A DNA stretch of 63,558 nucleotides, counting the filler, from Globobulimina sp. (taxonomy: Eukaryota): NCBI GenBank assembly GCA_003354225.1. It is 30 parts of 30 records of this genome, joined end to end, with 100 filler letters (N's around TTAATTAATTAA, not from the genome) between each part and the next. Parts side by side here need not be neighbours in the genome. Positions count along the whole stretch, not along the records: positions 48,816 to 50,836 come from PIVH01009683.1; positions 50,937 to 52,957 come from PIVH01009684.1; positions 53,058 to 55,078 come from PIVH01009685.1; positions 55,179 to 57,198 come from PIVH01009686.1; positions 57,299 to 59,318 come from PIVH01009687.1; positions 59,419 to 61,438 come from PIVH01009688.1; 24 more parts are not named here. One strand, written 5' to 3'. The translations under genes were made by a program, and so were the position numbers. Below are positions 48,816 through 61,538 of this stretch, one piece after another. Each line of letters begins with the position of its first letter. Position 1 is the first letter of the stretch. The notes beneath the pieces are model-generated. The model saw only the letters and a program-made list of their open reading frames with translations, was not told where the DNA came from and ran no database searches.

Positions 48816-50836
48816 GTTTCTTTGTTTTCCTTTTATTTTCAGCTTTTGCCATTTGTTTACTTTTCTTCTCTTTCTTCGTATCGTTACTATTCTTCTTGGC
48901 TTTTTTCTTATTTTTTTTATTAATCTCGGTCTTCTTATCGTTCATTTTCTGTTTGATTCCTTCATTTTGCTGTATCTGTATCGGTGTCACTTTAACTTTT
49001 GCTATTTCTTCGTCAGCCTCTTTCTCTCGTTCCTCTTCACGTTGCTGTTGCTGTTGTTGTTGGGGTGGCGGTTTAACTCCGGCCAATGACAAAACTTTGG
49101 TCAATGCCAACGCATACTGTTCACCTTTGGCTCCTTCTAAATCGCCTGCGTCTGCCTCTACTTTTTCTTTTTCCTCCACATTCTCTTCATTGACCTCCAT
49201 ATTCGCAAATAAATCCCCTCCGCCATCCTCCTCCTCCTCGTCCACATACTCGACGCGATGCGGCCGCTGCACGCCTTGGGCGTCAAACTCGACGCTCTTC
49301 TTCAGCTCAACGTGTTTCTCCTCGTCCTCGGCATCCACATCAAACCCGCCATCCACGCACGACGTGCGCGAGTTTTGTATCACGCTGTTCCTGCGCAATT
49401 TGTCTGTATCTTCCTCCTCGTTCTCGTTCAACGGCAGAGTCTCTTCATAGCGCATCAAGTCCACGTTGGAATTCACGCCTTCATATTGGTACTCTGGCGC
49501 AGTGTTGGCGGTGTTGGCGGACCCCGGTTGCTGCGACGACTCTTCCTCTCGGTCTATGATGGCTCGCTCGTTCGGATCGATGTAGATCTCGGACAGTTCC
49601 ATCACTTCCATCACAGCATCAGAGTCATTTGAATTGGACGACGGGTCGCTGTGCGCATTGACATTCTTCTTCAGCGCGTCCCCTTCATTCTCGTTGTCAG
49701 TGTCACCGACATTGACGAAGTTATCCACAAACGAGTCCTCATCCTCTTCCTCGTCGTCGTCCTCCTCTTCGGCTGTTTGTAATTGCAACCGCTTGTCCTC
49801 GTCGCTCGGCGATAAGAGATTGGGGTTCTTATTGGTGTGGTAATCAGAATAGCCGTTGTTTTTGTTGCTATGCAGCAGCGGTTCCAACTCCTTCTTGTCT
49901 CTCCAGATGGAGATGCCGGGGATTTGTTGTTGCATTTCTAATTTCAACTTATTCTGCATCAACGGCGTTATGTCGTGTTTCTTGAAGTATTCATCCGGAT
50001 AATCGTCCACTTCCTCGTAGATCTCGTCTTGTTTATGGAGGAAATCTCCAGACAGTAAGTCGGTGGAATAGGTCGCGGTGTTGGCCTGTTCGCCGAAAGC
50101 GTCGTTGACGTGGTCCAATTTGCAGTGTACGTTATCTATTTTGTCTATTTTGTCCACTCTCTCATCTGTTTTGTGGCTATCCACTTTTTCTGTTTTTTTA
50201 TCGGCTTTATTGTGGTGGTTGTTATGATCGGTTTGGTTCCTTCGATCGCTGCGATCGCGAGGGCTGTTTTTTGCTTTTCTGCTTTTCTTCTTTGGACCCT
50301 TTGTTTGGTCAAAAAAAAGTGTGGTTTTCCGGTGTTTTAAAATCAGCAAAAAAAAAATAAGGAGGATATGTAAGTTCTACCTTTTTGGGATTGTTGTTCT
50401 TTGGTTTTGGTCTCCCTTTCTTTGGATTGCCCCTTTTTGGGTTCCCTCTCCCTTTCGGATTGCCCCTCGTCCTTTTCTTGGGTGAGTTATTTGCATTGTT
50501 TTGGTTTGGTGAGTTTGCGGGTTTGGAGGAGATCGAGGTTAGGAAATAGCCATTGTCCCGTTTCGGTTTCTGCTGCTTGGCCGCGTCTAGCTGTAATAGG
50601 GCTGTCTCAGTGTAAACAAGCAAGAAAATGTGAGAAAATTCATGAAAATTCAATAGACGCCACGGGGACACATACAATGCGATGTATTGGATCCATTGGG
50701 TAGAGATTGCGTCTTTTTATGCTTCGATTTGTTAGTTTTGCCGTTTCTTTTCTTCTGGTTCTTTTTTTGCAATTTTTGCCGCATCAGCTCCTTGGTCTGT
50801 TTAAGCAAGACATGGTTGACAAGAATGGACAGATTG
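48816..50836 (-). CDS. Low-complexity acidic/basic disordered protein, multi-exon fragment
   Basis: Long D/E- and K-rich frames separated by probable GT-AG introns near 50300-50380 and 50605-50676. Confidence 0.65.
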
Positions 50837-50936
50837 NNNNNNNNNNNNNNNNNNNNNNNNNNNNNNNNNNNNNNNNNNNNTTAATTAATTAANNNNNNNN
50901 NNNNNNNNNNNNNNNNNNNNNNNNNNNNNNNNNNNN

Positions 50937-51092
50937 TGGACGCATTGGAATGGTGCCATGTTTCTTGCCTCTCTTTTTCCATATAAACCATATAACGATC
51001 GTAATCACACCAGCTTTTACATATGTTTTCAAACGAGCACTCAATAACAACGTAATTAATTTAGTAACTTTCTCTACAACGGATAGTGACAT
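50937..51092 (-). CDS. 5' fragment of single-TM protein
   Basis: MSLSVVEK...AGVITIVIWFIWKKRGKK, open to the contig edge. Confidence 0.5.
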
Positions 51093-51274
51093 GTTGGATG
51101 ATATTGTAATACAGTTTTCCAACTGAAAAACATATGAACTGAACGTAGAATTGAAATATTGAATATGTCAGCAGATAATTGTTTTTATTTGATGGCTAAT
51201 GGCCAGGTGGAGAGCTGCAATGTTAAGTATTTTGCCTATGTTGCTAGGAAATGAATCTGTTTCATTTACATATA

Positions 51275-51417
51275 CTTTAGAATAGGACCTGTTTGAAACA
51301 CCGCGTTTTAGAAAAATTTTAAAACCTATGGAGAGGTCATCACCATCTCCCAACAAAACGACTTGCGAATTTGCGTATTTTAAAAACAATGTGTTTCAAA
51401 CAGGTCCTATTCTAAAG
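51275..51417. mobile_element. MITE, 143 bp, perfect 27-bp TIRs, flanked by TA
   Basis: CTTTAGAATAGGACCTGTTTGAAACAC (51275-51301) and its exact reverse complement (51391-51417). TA at 51273-51274 and 51418-51419. Confidence 0.85.
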
Positions 51418-52055
51418 TAATTTTAGGTATCAGGGTATGACAGAATTTACAGTAAATACTCGATTAATTTTGGTGCGGATTGGAAATTGTCAAAGGAGTA
51501 GAAACATGAATATCTCAATCATGTCGGAAAAATCCATTACAAAAATTTGGGTTTCTATGGAATTATCCATTTGATTTAACCTTCAAATCCTTTAATCCAT
51601 TTATCTGATCGTTTTCTGAAATCAGAAAAGATTTCTGACGAAAGTGTTTTTATGACTATTAGAAAATTTGTACGTCTATGAAAACGGCGCGGCTATAATC
51701 GCTATATTAAATCCATGGACAGCGAACGACAAATATTTCATCGTCTTTTTACGTGTGAACTGCAACAGAAAGTCCGCTGTCTACAAAGAGTATAATCATA
51801 GACAGAGTCAGACCATTAGTTTGATGGAATCATGTTTCAATGACAGAAAAAAAAAGAAAAAAAACAAGATAAAAAAGATCAAAAAAAAACAATATTAATT
51901 AGGATGCTATAAATTATTGAGAACAAATAAGATGAGATGAGAGAGGGTAAAGTGATTAAAAAAATTATCTCATTACAAACATATTTAAATTATCATATTT
52001 AAATTTTTTCTTTATTATAATAATATGTATAAAAAAAAAGAAACTATCAATTACA

Positions 52056-52957
52056 TTAATACTGCCCACCATATTGCCAATTATTTTGTTGGTTATGTGT
52101 TGGTTGCCATTGATTATGCGCACTCGACGGTGCCTGTGCTTGTGCTTGTGCTTGTGCTTGTTGCTGTGTTTGTGTTTGTGCTGAATACGCTTGATACGGA
52201 TTATTATTCCATTGCGCATTATGATGTCTCTGTACTTGTGAGCCCGGCTGAGATTGTGCATGTCCATAGGCAGCGGAATGAAACTCCGGATAAATGGACG
52301 GTTGCTGCGGTGTCTGTGGCTGTGGCTGTTGCGGTGCTTGAGGCTGTGGTTGTGGCTGCGTCTGAGCAACAGCTTGTTGTTGCTGCCATTGATTATGCTG
52401 TCTATTTATATACTGTTCGTGTTGTTTATTTTGCTGCCATATACTGCTCATTTGTGCTTGCTGTGCCTGTGCATTCAGCATCGCCTGTCGTTGTTGCTGT
52501 TGCTGCAATAATTGCTGCGCAGCCTGACGGCTATTTTGCTGATATATTCGCTGTGAAAATTGCCGAATAGGCACATTGGTGCTGGTCGTCACATTCATTA
52601 AATTTATTTTCGCCGTGGGTTTGGTCACCGCGCCGCCGCCGCTCCCACCGCTGCCACGTCGAAAGTCAATGGTCGTAGTCACGTCCGTCAAATTTATACT
52701 CGGTATGGTCGCATTCAACGAAGCCGCGCTGGGCGGAACCTGATGGTTCGACTGCGGCGTCACTGTGTTGGATTTATTCGCATTAAGTGCGGCCACGGCA
52801 TTGTTATTCATCTGAGACAAATCCAACGGACTCGTCCCGCGCGAATTGTTGGCGGTGGAGCCAGAATCAGGGCACGGCCCCGGCCCCGGACCCGGCGCAT
52901 TGACGCCGACATTCAGGCGCATGTTCTTCCAATTGCCCGTCCAAGGCGCTGTGGTGG
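52056..52957 (-). CDS. Q/N/P-rich prion-like C-terminal fragment
   Basis: Q-rich tracts with spaced W/Y residues; open from the contig edge. Confidence 0.7.
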
Positions 52958-53057
52958 NNNNNNNNNNNNNNNNNNNNNNNNNNNNNNNNNNNNNNNNNNN
53001 NTTAATTAATTAANNNNNNNNNNNNNNNNNNNNNNNNNNNNNNNNNNNNNNNNNNNN

Positions 53058-53386
53058 CGCGTCGGTGATAAGACAATGGCTTGCAAGGAGGAGGCCGTTG
53101 TATCGATGATTTGTAAGATGCCAATGGCAAAGATAGTGGTTTTACCGGTGCCGGATTGTGACTGTGCAATGACATCCAAGCCACGTAAAATTGGCATAAT
53201 TGCACGTTGTTGGACAGCTGACGGTTTCTCAAATCCGTAACCATAAATGCCACGCAATAATCCTTTTTTTAAGTCCATTTGATCAAAGGATGAGACGATG
53301 TCCCTTTGTTTGGATAAATGGTTTTGGTCAAATGCATTTTGGCCTTTTTTTTCTTCTTCAAAGTTGTTGCGATTTGAGTGTGCCAT
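53058..53386 (-). CDS. EIF4A3: eIF4A-family DEAD-box helicase (eIF4A-III-like), 5' fragment
   Basis: [31 protein letters not shown] and LSPT. AQSQ rather than AQAQ favours eIF4A-III. Confidence 0.75.
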
Positions 53387-53445
53387 TTCAAGATATTTTG
53401 AGTGATTTATACTTCAAAAAAAAACATTCTGAGTTCATCATCAAA

Positions 53446-55078
53446 ATGCAAGCAATGGCAATAAATGAGAACACAGTGATCATATTATTAAACCAAGCAA
53501 ATGGTACCAATCCGAACAATGAATCGCGTAAATCAGCCACTCAGCAATTAATAAACATGCAGAATGCATCCGGATATCCTTCGAGTATGTCCATACAATC
53601 TATACATTCACTCCTTGCACACCATTACAACCGCAATCATATTAAAAACACGTACAGCATTACTCAAAATATGGCAATCCTCTCAACCTGACGACCTCCG
53701 AGAAATTGCCTTGGCTCAATTTAAAAACCACTCTGTAAATAATTTCAAACAAAGCCAAAACAATCAAGAAAAAGAACACTGCAAAAATTTATTATTAACA
53801 ACGTATTTAAACGAGAAATGCGAGCAAGTCTCCAAGCAAATATCCCAATGCATTGCCAAATTATCCCGCCGTGAATGGCCCAGTAATTGGCCCGATTTAT
53901 TTGGCGTTTTAGTGCATAATATCAAATCCGACGACGCCTTATCTGTGTTACGCACTGCCTTAATAATTTCCGACGTATTACAAGAATTTGCCTCGATGCG
54001 GTTACCCATTCACCGAACGCAAATAAACGAATTATCGCAGCAATTAATGCCCATTTTATTTGCAATCTGGACGCGAGCGTTCACATTTTCATTTTCTATG
54101 TTGGCAGCGCCACAAAACTGCGATTTAAACAAATTGTATTCATGTCTCAAATTATGCTCATTTCTATCCAAATCCATCAAGGTTTTAATCCGCAAATCCC
54201 AAACTATGCAATTCGCCAATAACTCCATCGTTAAGTAATATAATTCCATAAATATAGCAATATATCCTTGCACAGCACAATAATAATTATTCTATTCAGG
54301 GCGGCCAATATCTGAATAAATCGCTGGAAGCAATCCGTGAATTACATGACCGATATTATAAGCAATTGATATCCAACAAAAACAGACACAAATCGCCTTT
54401 GTCCAACATCATCAAATGCATAAACAGCATCATCAAAACCTTATTAATAACCATTCGCGACACCCACCAACAGTTTACATTGCAATTTCGGTTGATTTTG
54501 CCCGCCTTTCTGTCGTATTACAGCCATCTCGTCATCACACACAAAAAAAACCACACCAACAACAAATGTTTCCTCAACGAGGTGATTGTGTACGCCTTGT
54601 TGTTTCTGTTCGATGTCTGCAAATTGCAGCAGTACGAAGGCAAAAATGTGTCCGGCATTCAATTTAATTTAAAAGAGAACAAAGTGAAATTCAATCAGGT
54701 CGACGCCAATGAATGTAAGATGATCGTGACCCATTTTTTCAACACGGAGCGGCTCACCAACATCATCCAGTGCTTAGTGACGGATTTGTTTATTTTGGAC
54801 CGCAAAGATTTGCAACAACGCAAAATCGATCCATGTCTGGCGTGGCAACAACATCACATCGAGCACAACAACGACAATATCCGCGCTGCGGCCAAACAGT
54901 TATTTCGTGCCTTGGTGAAAAAATACACCGCTGTGGCTGCCCCGGTCATTGTCAATATGTTCAAATCCATCACAAATTTAAACGTCAATGCGGCCAATTT
55001 CAACCTGAACGCGCTGAATTACAAAGTGCTGGACCCTGAAAATGAGCAATTTAAACACTTTTTCCTTCGCGAAGCTAT
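53446..55078 (+). CDS. Importin-beta family protein (importin-11-like), 3' truncated
   Basis: IBN_N-like start, CIAKLSRREWPSNWPDLF and LQEFASMRL. Introns 53585-53657 and 54230-54299 restore the frame. Confidence 0.8.
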
Positions 55079-55278
55079 NNNNNNNNNNNNNNNNNNNNNN
55101 NNNNNNNNNNNNNNNNNNNNNNTTAATTAATTAANNNNNNNNNNNNNNNNNNNNNNNNNNNNNNNNNNNNNNNNNNNNCTGAGGGATTAATATTAGGTTT
55201 GTTCACATTTAAACCTTTTTTTTTTGTGTAAAAAATAGTGTGTTAACAGGATGGGGCGAACTTCACTTAACTAAAAGA

Positions 55279-57109
55279 ATGAAAACGGTGCAATTATCAC
55301 CAAATATATCCACCACTGAAGAATTCCATATTGATCACGATGTTTATTCGCCGATTGTGGCGGTGGTTGACGATGTTTCATCGCAGTCAAAGTCCAAAAA
55401 ACGAACGGAATCTTCTTCAAAATCAAAGCAATCGAAGCAATTTGAGGAGAAAAAAGAAACTGAAACACCACCACCAAAAGCATACGATGTGAAACATCAT
55501 TATAAAGCCACGAAAGTGGAAAAAGTAGCAAATAAAGCAGTGGCTGTGGCTGTTGTGAATCAGCCGGTTTTGGCCGGCACGAAAATGAAGAAATTATCAG
55601 AGTCATCGCGGCGGGAAATGTCTAAAAAAATTATAAATACGTTGACGAAGAAAGTGAAATTGTCCGATATTGATATAAAAGATAAGAATAATAAGATTGA
55701 ACCGGATGAATTGTTTGATTTCTTAACGCGTAAAAAAATAATGGTTCCGCGATATATTTCAAATGTGGTATTTTCCGACATTGATATCAATGGAGATGGA
55801 CATATTACAATGTTTGAATATTTTAAGTGGAAATCAAAGATATCTGTGGTTAAAATGTTTGATATTTTACCAGAGAAAGTGCCTGATATTGACGATGATG
55901 ATGCATACTATTTTGAAGAAGGCATTCCTTCACATTCTCCCACGCCAAAAGCCAAAAAAACACAGCAAATTGAGGCAAAACCCCAACAAATTGAGGCAAA
56001 AACTGATAATGAACCAGGTATAGAACAATATATATTATGTTTGTATATATTAATTGTATGATAATTGAAAAAAACAAGATGATGAATTGAGGATTTTGGA
56101 AGAAAAACTAATTTTATACAAGAAATTATTAAATTTCAAAGAGTTTAAACAAAATAAAAATAACGAGACATTAAACAGAAATGTATTCCAAGCTTATTGT
56201 AAGCGGAATGATTTTGGCTTAAATAAGCAACAAATTTATCGTATTTTTGATGATATGGATTATGATAAAGATGGCAAAATATCACCGAGTGAATATTTTA
56301 AATGGCGGAATAAAATATCAATGGGATATTTAACTGATTTGTGAGCTAAAAATAGTAAAATAATCACACCCAAAATAATAAAAATGGAAATTAAAGAACA
56401 AGAGATAAAAATTGATAATAATGACGTTAAAGTGTTGAAAGTAAATAAAAATAAAAATGAGTTACCAGTTATAAATAAAAATGATTTAAAAGAGTTCATA
56501 TCGCCATATTCAAAGAGCGATTATTCCAAATTAAAAACGCAAATTACAATTTTAGTGGATGAGAATCGTAAGAAATGGTCCTTGTATTTATTAAATTGCA
56601 ATGACGAAAATGCGTTCAGTGCAAAATTGTCATTCCTGGAGTTTGTAAAACAACATTTGAGCGATAGAATTGTGACTCAATTATTCAAACGATTTGGTGT
56701 CAATAATATTGTGGGAAGCGATGGCTTTGTCGAATTATTGACGTTTACATATACTTTATACACAGCTAAGTTACAGAGAGAGTTTTATAACTCGACGAAA
56801 GGCGATAATTCATTTAAAAAAATGAAAAGCAGTGAGGTCAGACCGAAAATTGAACATTTTGTGATTTGGGTGGTTCGCACCTTTGGGAAGGAATTGAGAA
56901 ATAAAGAGCAGACCATTTGTATCGAGAATCCAAGAGATAAGGAAGCGGACGAAATTGAGGTTGGTGAGTATAAAGAATATGAATTTGAATTGAAAAAAGA
57001 TTCGTACTCTTCAGATTTGGCCGTGTATATCAATGAATATATTAACAAAGAAGCAGAACACGAAGATATTGAAACTGCGTGGATGGTATTAATGATATGG
57101 CTCGAATGA
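55279..57109 (+). CDS. EF-hand protein; in-frame TGA at 56342-56344 splits it (or two genes)
   Basis: IDINGDGHITMFEY and MDYDKDGKISPSEY. Intron 56018-56078. Confidence 0.7.
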
Positions 57110-57364
57110 TATGGCTCGAATGAATGACAAATACAATTCTTTTTTCTATGTTAATTATGTACATGAGGTGAGTTTTGGAATTTGCATGGTTCTTTTTTNN
57201 NNNNNNNNNNNNNNNNNNNNNNNNNNNNNNNNNNNNNNNNNNTTAATTAATTAANNNNNNNNNNNNNNNNNNNNNNNNNNNNNNNNNNNNNNNNNNNNTG
57301 CGCGGCAACTATTTAGGAAACCTAAGCTCTGATTTTTTGAAGTAAAAATATTTTTGTTGTCATA

Positions 57365-58463
57365 ATGGGTGCTGAACTGTCTTCAACATCAGACGCACGC
57401 CCAGGTGGCAGTGTCCAATCAAATACAAGATACGGCGAGTGGGAGGATGGAATTGATTGCCAATGTTCAGCATCTCGTAGCCAAGTGTTGGCGATCCGTA
57501 TAGTACGAACGCCATTATTAAGTGCAGCAAGTGATATGTCGTTAAGCGCTATTCGAGTGACTGCAAATGTAGTTAGCATCGGATACATAGAAAAATGGTT
57601 GGGTACAAACAACGTACCCTTAGAACACCAAGCAATTGAATGTGATGTTTGTTGCATTGATTGTATGCATTCCAGTAACTACACCTTTGAATTCCTTGGC
57701 GACATTGGCAAATTGCATCGTGTCGGCACTTATACGCGCAAATATCACTCGTACAAACAAAGAAAAATAAAAAATACAACATTACATTTATCCGATCTTT
57801 ACGATACATATCATTCCATTCCTGGCAGATGGAAGGCGCGGCACTATGATGCTGTAAATAATAACTGTCAAAAGTTACTTTAATACTTATTTATAATTAT
57901 CAATCATTTAATTTGTATGTACAAAACATGATAGATTTGCGCATCTATTTTGGATTCAATTATTTGGATCGGAAGAGGATGATTTTGGTGAATGGCAATC
58001 CCAAACGCAGTATAGATGCAAATGTAAAACTGATCTAATATCGGTGAAAAAAATCAGATTAATTCGTGTGCAAAAAAGCTGCGATTCGGAGGAGACGCGC
58101 TCGTCGGTCATCAGTAATACATTGAATATATTGTCATTGGGTGCAGTGGATACCAAATCGTTAAAAGATGAGAATAATTTGGTGTTGCATGCAATTGAAT
58201 TGTGCTGTAAATGTAATAAATGTCAAAGTAATATCTATTACACACTGGAAAACAGTCAAAGAGGGAAATATTTCAGATGTGGATTGTATGGCAAACAGTT
58301 GAAATCGTTTCGGCAAATACAAAAACGAAAATCATTGACCTTGAAAAAAGTACATGATTTATACAAACAGTTTAATTTCCAGACTGTTGATAATAAGCAA
58401 TGGGCACTCAACTTTTGGGACAATCTCTTTTCTGATAATATTAATGATGCACAATCTCAATGA
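57365..58463 (+). CDS. N-myristoylated protein with two tandem permuted papain-like (PPPDE/LRAT-type) domains
   Basis: Intron 57874-57934 gives LEHQAIE...YDAVNNNCQKFA. A second internal repeat follows (GEW..C.C..IR.V..HAIE.C..C..YT.E). Confidence 0.7.
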
Positions 58464-58983
58464 ACCATAATTAATGCAAAATATTTATTAAAATGCATTG
58501 AATCTGCTTTGTTTGATGATTGGTATCATCAATACAAATTAAATTCCGTTATTATATTTATTAAATTTTTCTACAATAATATTATAGATATTTTATAACT
58601 TTTCATTTTTCTGTATCGTTTGAGACTTTGTTTGCTCGTTTTTTTGGATTGTAACGGTATTCAATCTCCTTTTTATTTTACTTGGTATTGTTCACTGTTT
58701 TGTTTTTTGTATACAAATATATTCGGATACTATACTCTCTGTTTTCACTCTGAAAAATGTTTCTCGAAATAAATAAATTAGTGCAGAGTTGCACATGATA
58801 AAAAGTCATTGAATTCTGAACATATAAACAAACAAAAAGGAAATTCCAAGTCAGACAAAAACAACAAATCCAAATCTAGATCGAGAGAAAGGACAGACCA
58901 ACAAAACAAAAACGAACGTAGAACAATGAAAAACTATATATTAATATGTAAATACTGTATGTCAAGCAATATAGAATGCAAAT

Positions 58984-59318
58984 TCACATAAACCCGCCTC
59001 TTTCAATAGCCTTTCGTATGAGTATATCATGGCAGATTGCGAATACTCGATCGACGTCCTCAGTGTCTGAATATATCCATATGCGAAATTGCGATTACAT
59101 CCACACACAAAAAAATAACAGAACAGCACCTGTAGCACATGTCACATTGAAATAGAAAGAGCGATTTATATCAAATTTGACAATTTTATTCTTAATCCAT
59201 TCAATAATGACATCATAATCACTGCTGGGACCAAACTCATCTTTATATTCAAACGGTACTTTTCCAATCTTCTCGCGAAACAAATCCCTTTTATTCAAAA
59301 ATATGATGAACTTGGCGC
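58984..59318 (-). CDS. Heterotrimeric G-protein alpha subunit, C-terminal fragment
   Basis: IFLNKRDLFREK. Intron 59067-59129 gives VTCATDTEDVDRVF...IERGGFM*. Confidence 0.92.
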
Positions 59319-59522
59319 NNNNNNNNNNNNNNNNNNNNNNNNNNNNNNNNNNNNNNNNNNNNTTAATTAATTAANNNNNNNNNNNNNNNNNNNNNNNNNN
59401 NNNNNNNNNNNNNNNNNNTCAGAAATATAAAGTCAGTTTGATTCATTTATATATTTATTTTCTTTGATACAACAAAGACTAAATATTTTTTAACAAATAA
59501 ACTGTAGACCAAATGCAAAGAA

Positions 59523-60120
59523 ATGGAACAACAAAATAATTTTTATGTATTACAAACAAAGGAATTACAACAAACCATCGAAGATTTATTAAAGACTCAA
59601 CAAAAATTACAAGAACGACAGAAAAGTAATAATAAAGAAATCGCAAATTATATCCAACAGATAAAATCATTAAATGTTTGTATATATATACGGCATTATA
59701 CGCACAGTGCGAGGATACACAAAAAATACATAATATATTACACAAAAAATAAAGGGAAACCTCGCTGTAATGCAACACGAAAAAAAAGAAATGGAGTTAG
59801 AGTTAAATGAGTTGAGAATGAAAACTATAAATACTGATAATTTTATGCAATGGAAGTATAATGATATTTTTTTATGGATATTATCCATTGAAAATAAACG
59901 TTTTCAGAAATATGCCTCGATTTTAGGAGCCACATTAAAAGAACAAGAGGTCACTGGCGAAGATTTGCAGGATGTGAATGAAAATGATATTATTGGTTGG
60001 GGAATAAAGAAATTTGGTGATAAAAAATTGATTGCAAAGAAAATTAGAGAATTGGTTCATGGACAGCATCCAAAGAATATTGATGAAGGAAATAAAATTG
60101 CGCCAACTGCGTATATATAA
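59523..60120 (+). CDS. Coiled-coil + SAM-domain protein (possibly 5' truncated)
   Basis: WKYNDIFLWI...QEVTGEDL...WGIKKFGDKKLI. Intron 59676-59754. Confidence 0.8.
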
Positions 60121-60617
60121 AATCAAATCATTTAATATTTGTGTCGTCTGTACATTTGTAAATTTGTTTATTTTTTGAGACACTAATTTATGATACAATA
60201 ATTTCATACATATTTCTGATTTGTAGCATTTCATTATTATCACGCAAAAAAATCAGGTTCAGTAACTACATTTGTAAAAAATGTGATTCCACAAAAAAAG
60301 TACTACCAAAAACTGAGTTCATCCCAATCCAATCCCCAAACTATAAAACTTATTTGAATTAAGCGTAAAATTCTTTATTTTTATCTGTACCATCAGAGAC
60401 ATGGTTGACTCGCGAGATCTTAGATATTGAAGTTTTGTTGAAGTGATCGAGTTGAACTGACACCATTTTAAGGTAGATTTCACTGTTGAAGAGATCATGA
60501 TAGTTTACAGTTACTTATGAATGACAAAAAAGAAAAGTTGATTGCAAGAATGACGGAAATGAGTTCCTTGCGTTTCTTTGTTAAATGAGTGAATGGCAAT
60601 TTATGATAATACCACAT

Positions 60618-61061
60618 TTAAAATGCCTTATCATTCCCAGTTTTAACAGCCCAATGAGTAAAATTTGGATCAAATACAAACGATCTATCATCAAAAGCAC
60701 AATGAAAAATCAATCCTATGCTTAAAAAAAAAGCCAATAATAAATAACCAAGCCATAGACCATCTGACCAGATTGGATTGCTATACACATTCGTAAATTG
60801 TTGCAGTGTGAGATGGAGACGTCATGCCATGTCAGTCATATATAGATTTCATTCATTTTAAAATAAGTTGTTAATGTGCAAGGATAACAAATGGAGACAG
60901 GAAGGAATACTTAACCCATTTGCATCACTAATATTATATTCATACATAGATCCATACATAAAAATCAATGACAATATAATCGAAAGGAATAGGAATATTC
61001 TGCATCCTCCACAATTTGTGCCGTATGGCATATTGGTTTGACAGTGTCCTGATATTTCAGT
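60618..61061 (-). CDS. Last two exons of a small membrane protein missing from the ORF track
   Basis: Exons 61061-60916 and 60780-60618 splice in frame: ...GCRIFLFLSIILSLIFMYGS...DGLWLGYLLLAFFLSIGLIFHC...DKAF*. Confidence 0.55.
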
Positions 61062-61538
61062 CTATTAAAGAACCAATGGTTCAACGATGAATATGTTTTT
61101 TTGCAAACTTGAGTTTTTTTTAATTTTTTGTTTAACATTAATATCAAATCAGGTGATCGACAAGATCACGTTTTTCAAAACCAACCAATTAAATTGCAAA
61201 TGAAAGCTGAAAAAAAACACTTGACATCAAACAATTAACATAAATTACACAGATGCATGTACATGTTGTTACAGTCGATCAGTGTGAGAATCATCCAAAA
61301 AAATCCATGCACACAGACGCAATATAATATATACACATATTTACTATATTCAATCATGATAAGTGTCACTTTGATAGTCAATACTAAGTTTATTCAATAC
61401 TTTTGCAAATCTTTCATCAGTGTCTCCTCGATGTCTAGNNNNNNNNNNNNNNNNNNNNNNNNNNNNNNNNNNNNNNNNNNNNTTAATTAATTAANNNNNN
61501 NNNNNNNNNNNNNNNNNNNNNNNNNNNNNNNNNNNNNN

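Noticed and set aside
47619-51597. 14-bp inverted match between two contigs (47619-47632 and 51584-51597)
   Set aside because: Expected by chance in 60 kb of AT-rich DNA.
14946-59318. Apparent signalling gene cluster (Rho, RhoGAP, GPCR, RGS, G-alpha)
   Set aside because: The genes are on separate size-sorted contigs, so there is no physical linkage.
2025-61538. TTAATTAATTAA recurring every ~2.12 kb as a biological repeat, CRISPR array or nanochromosome end
   Set aside because: It always sits inside exactly 44+44 N, and contig lengths fall monotonically. It is a concatenation linker. ORF ends reading XXX-LIN or XXX-N are artefacts.
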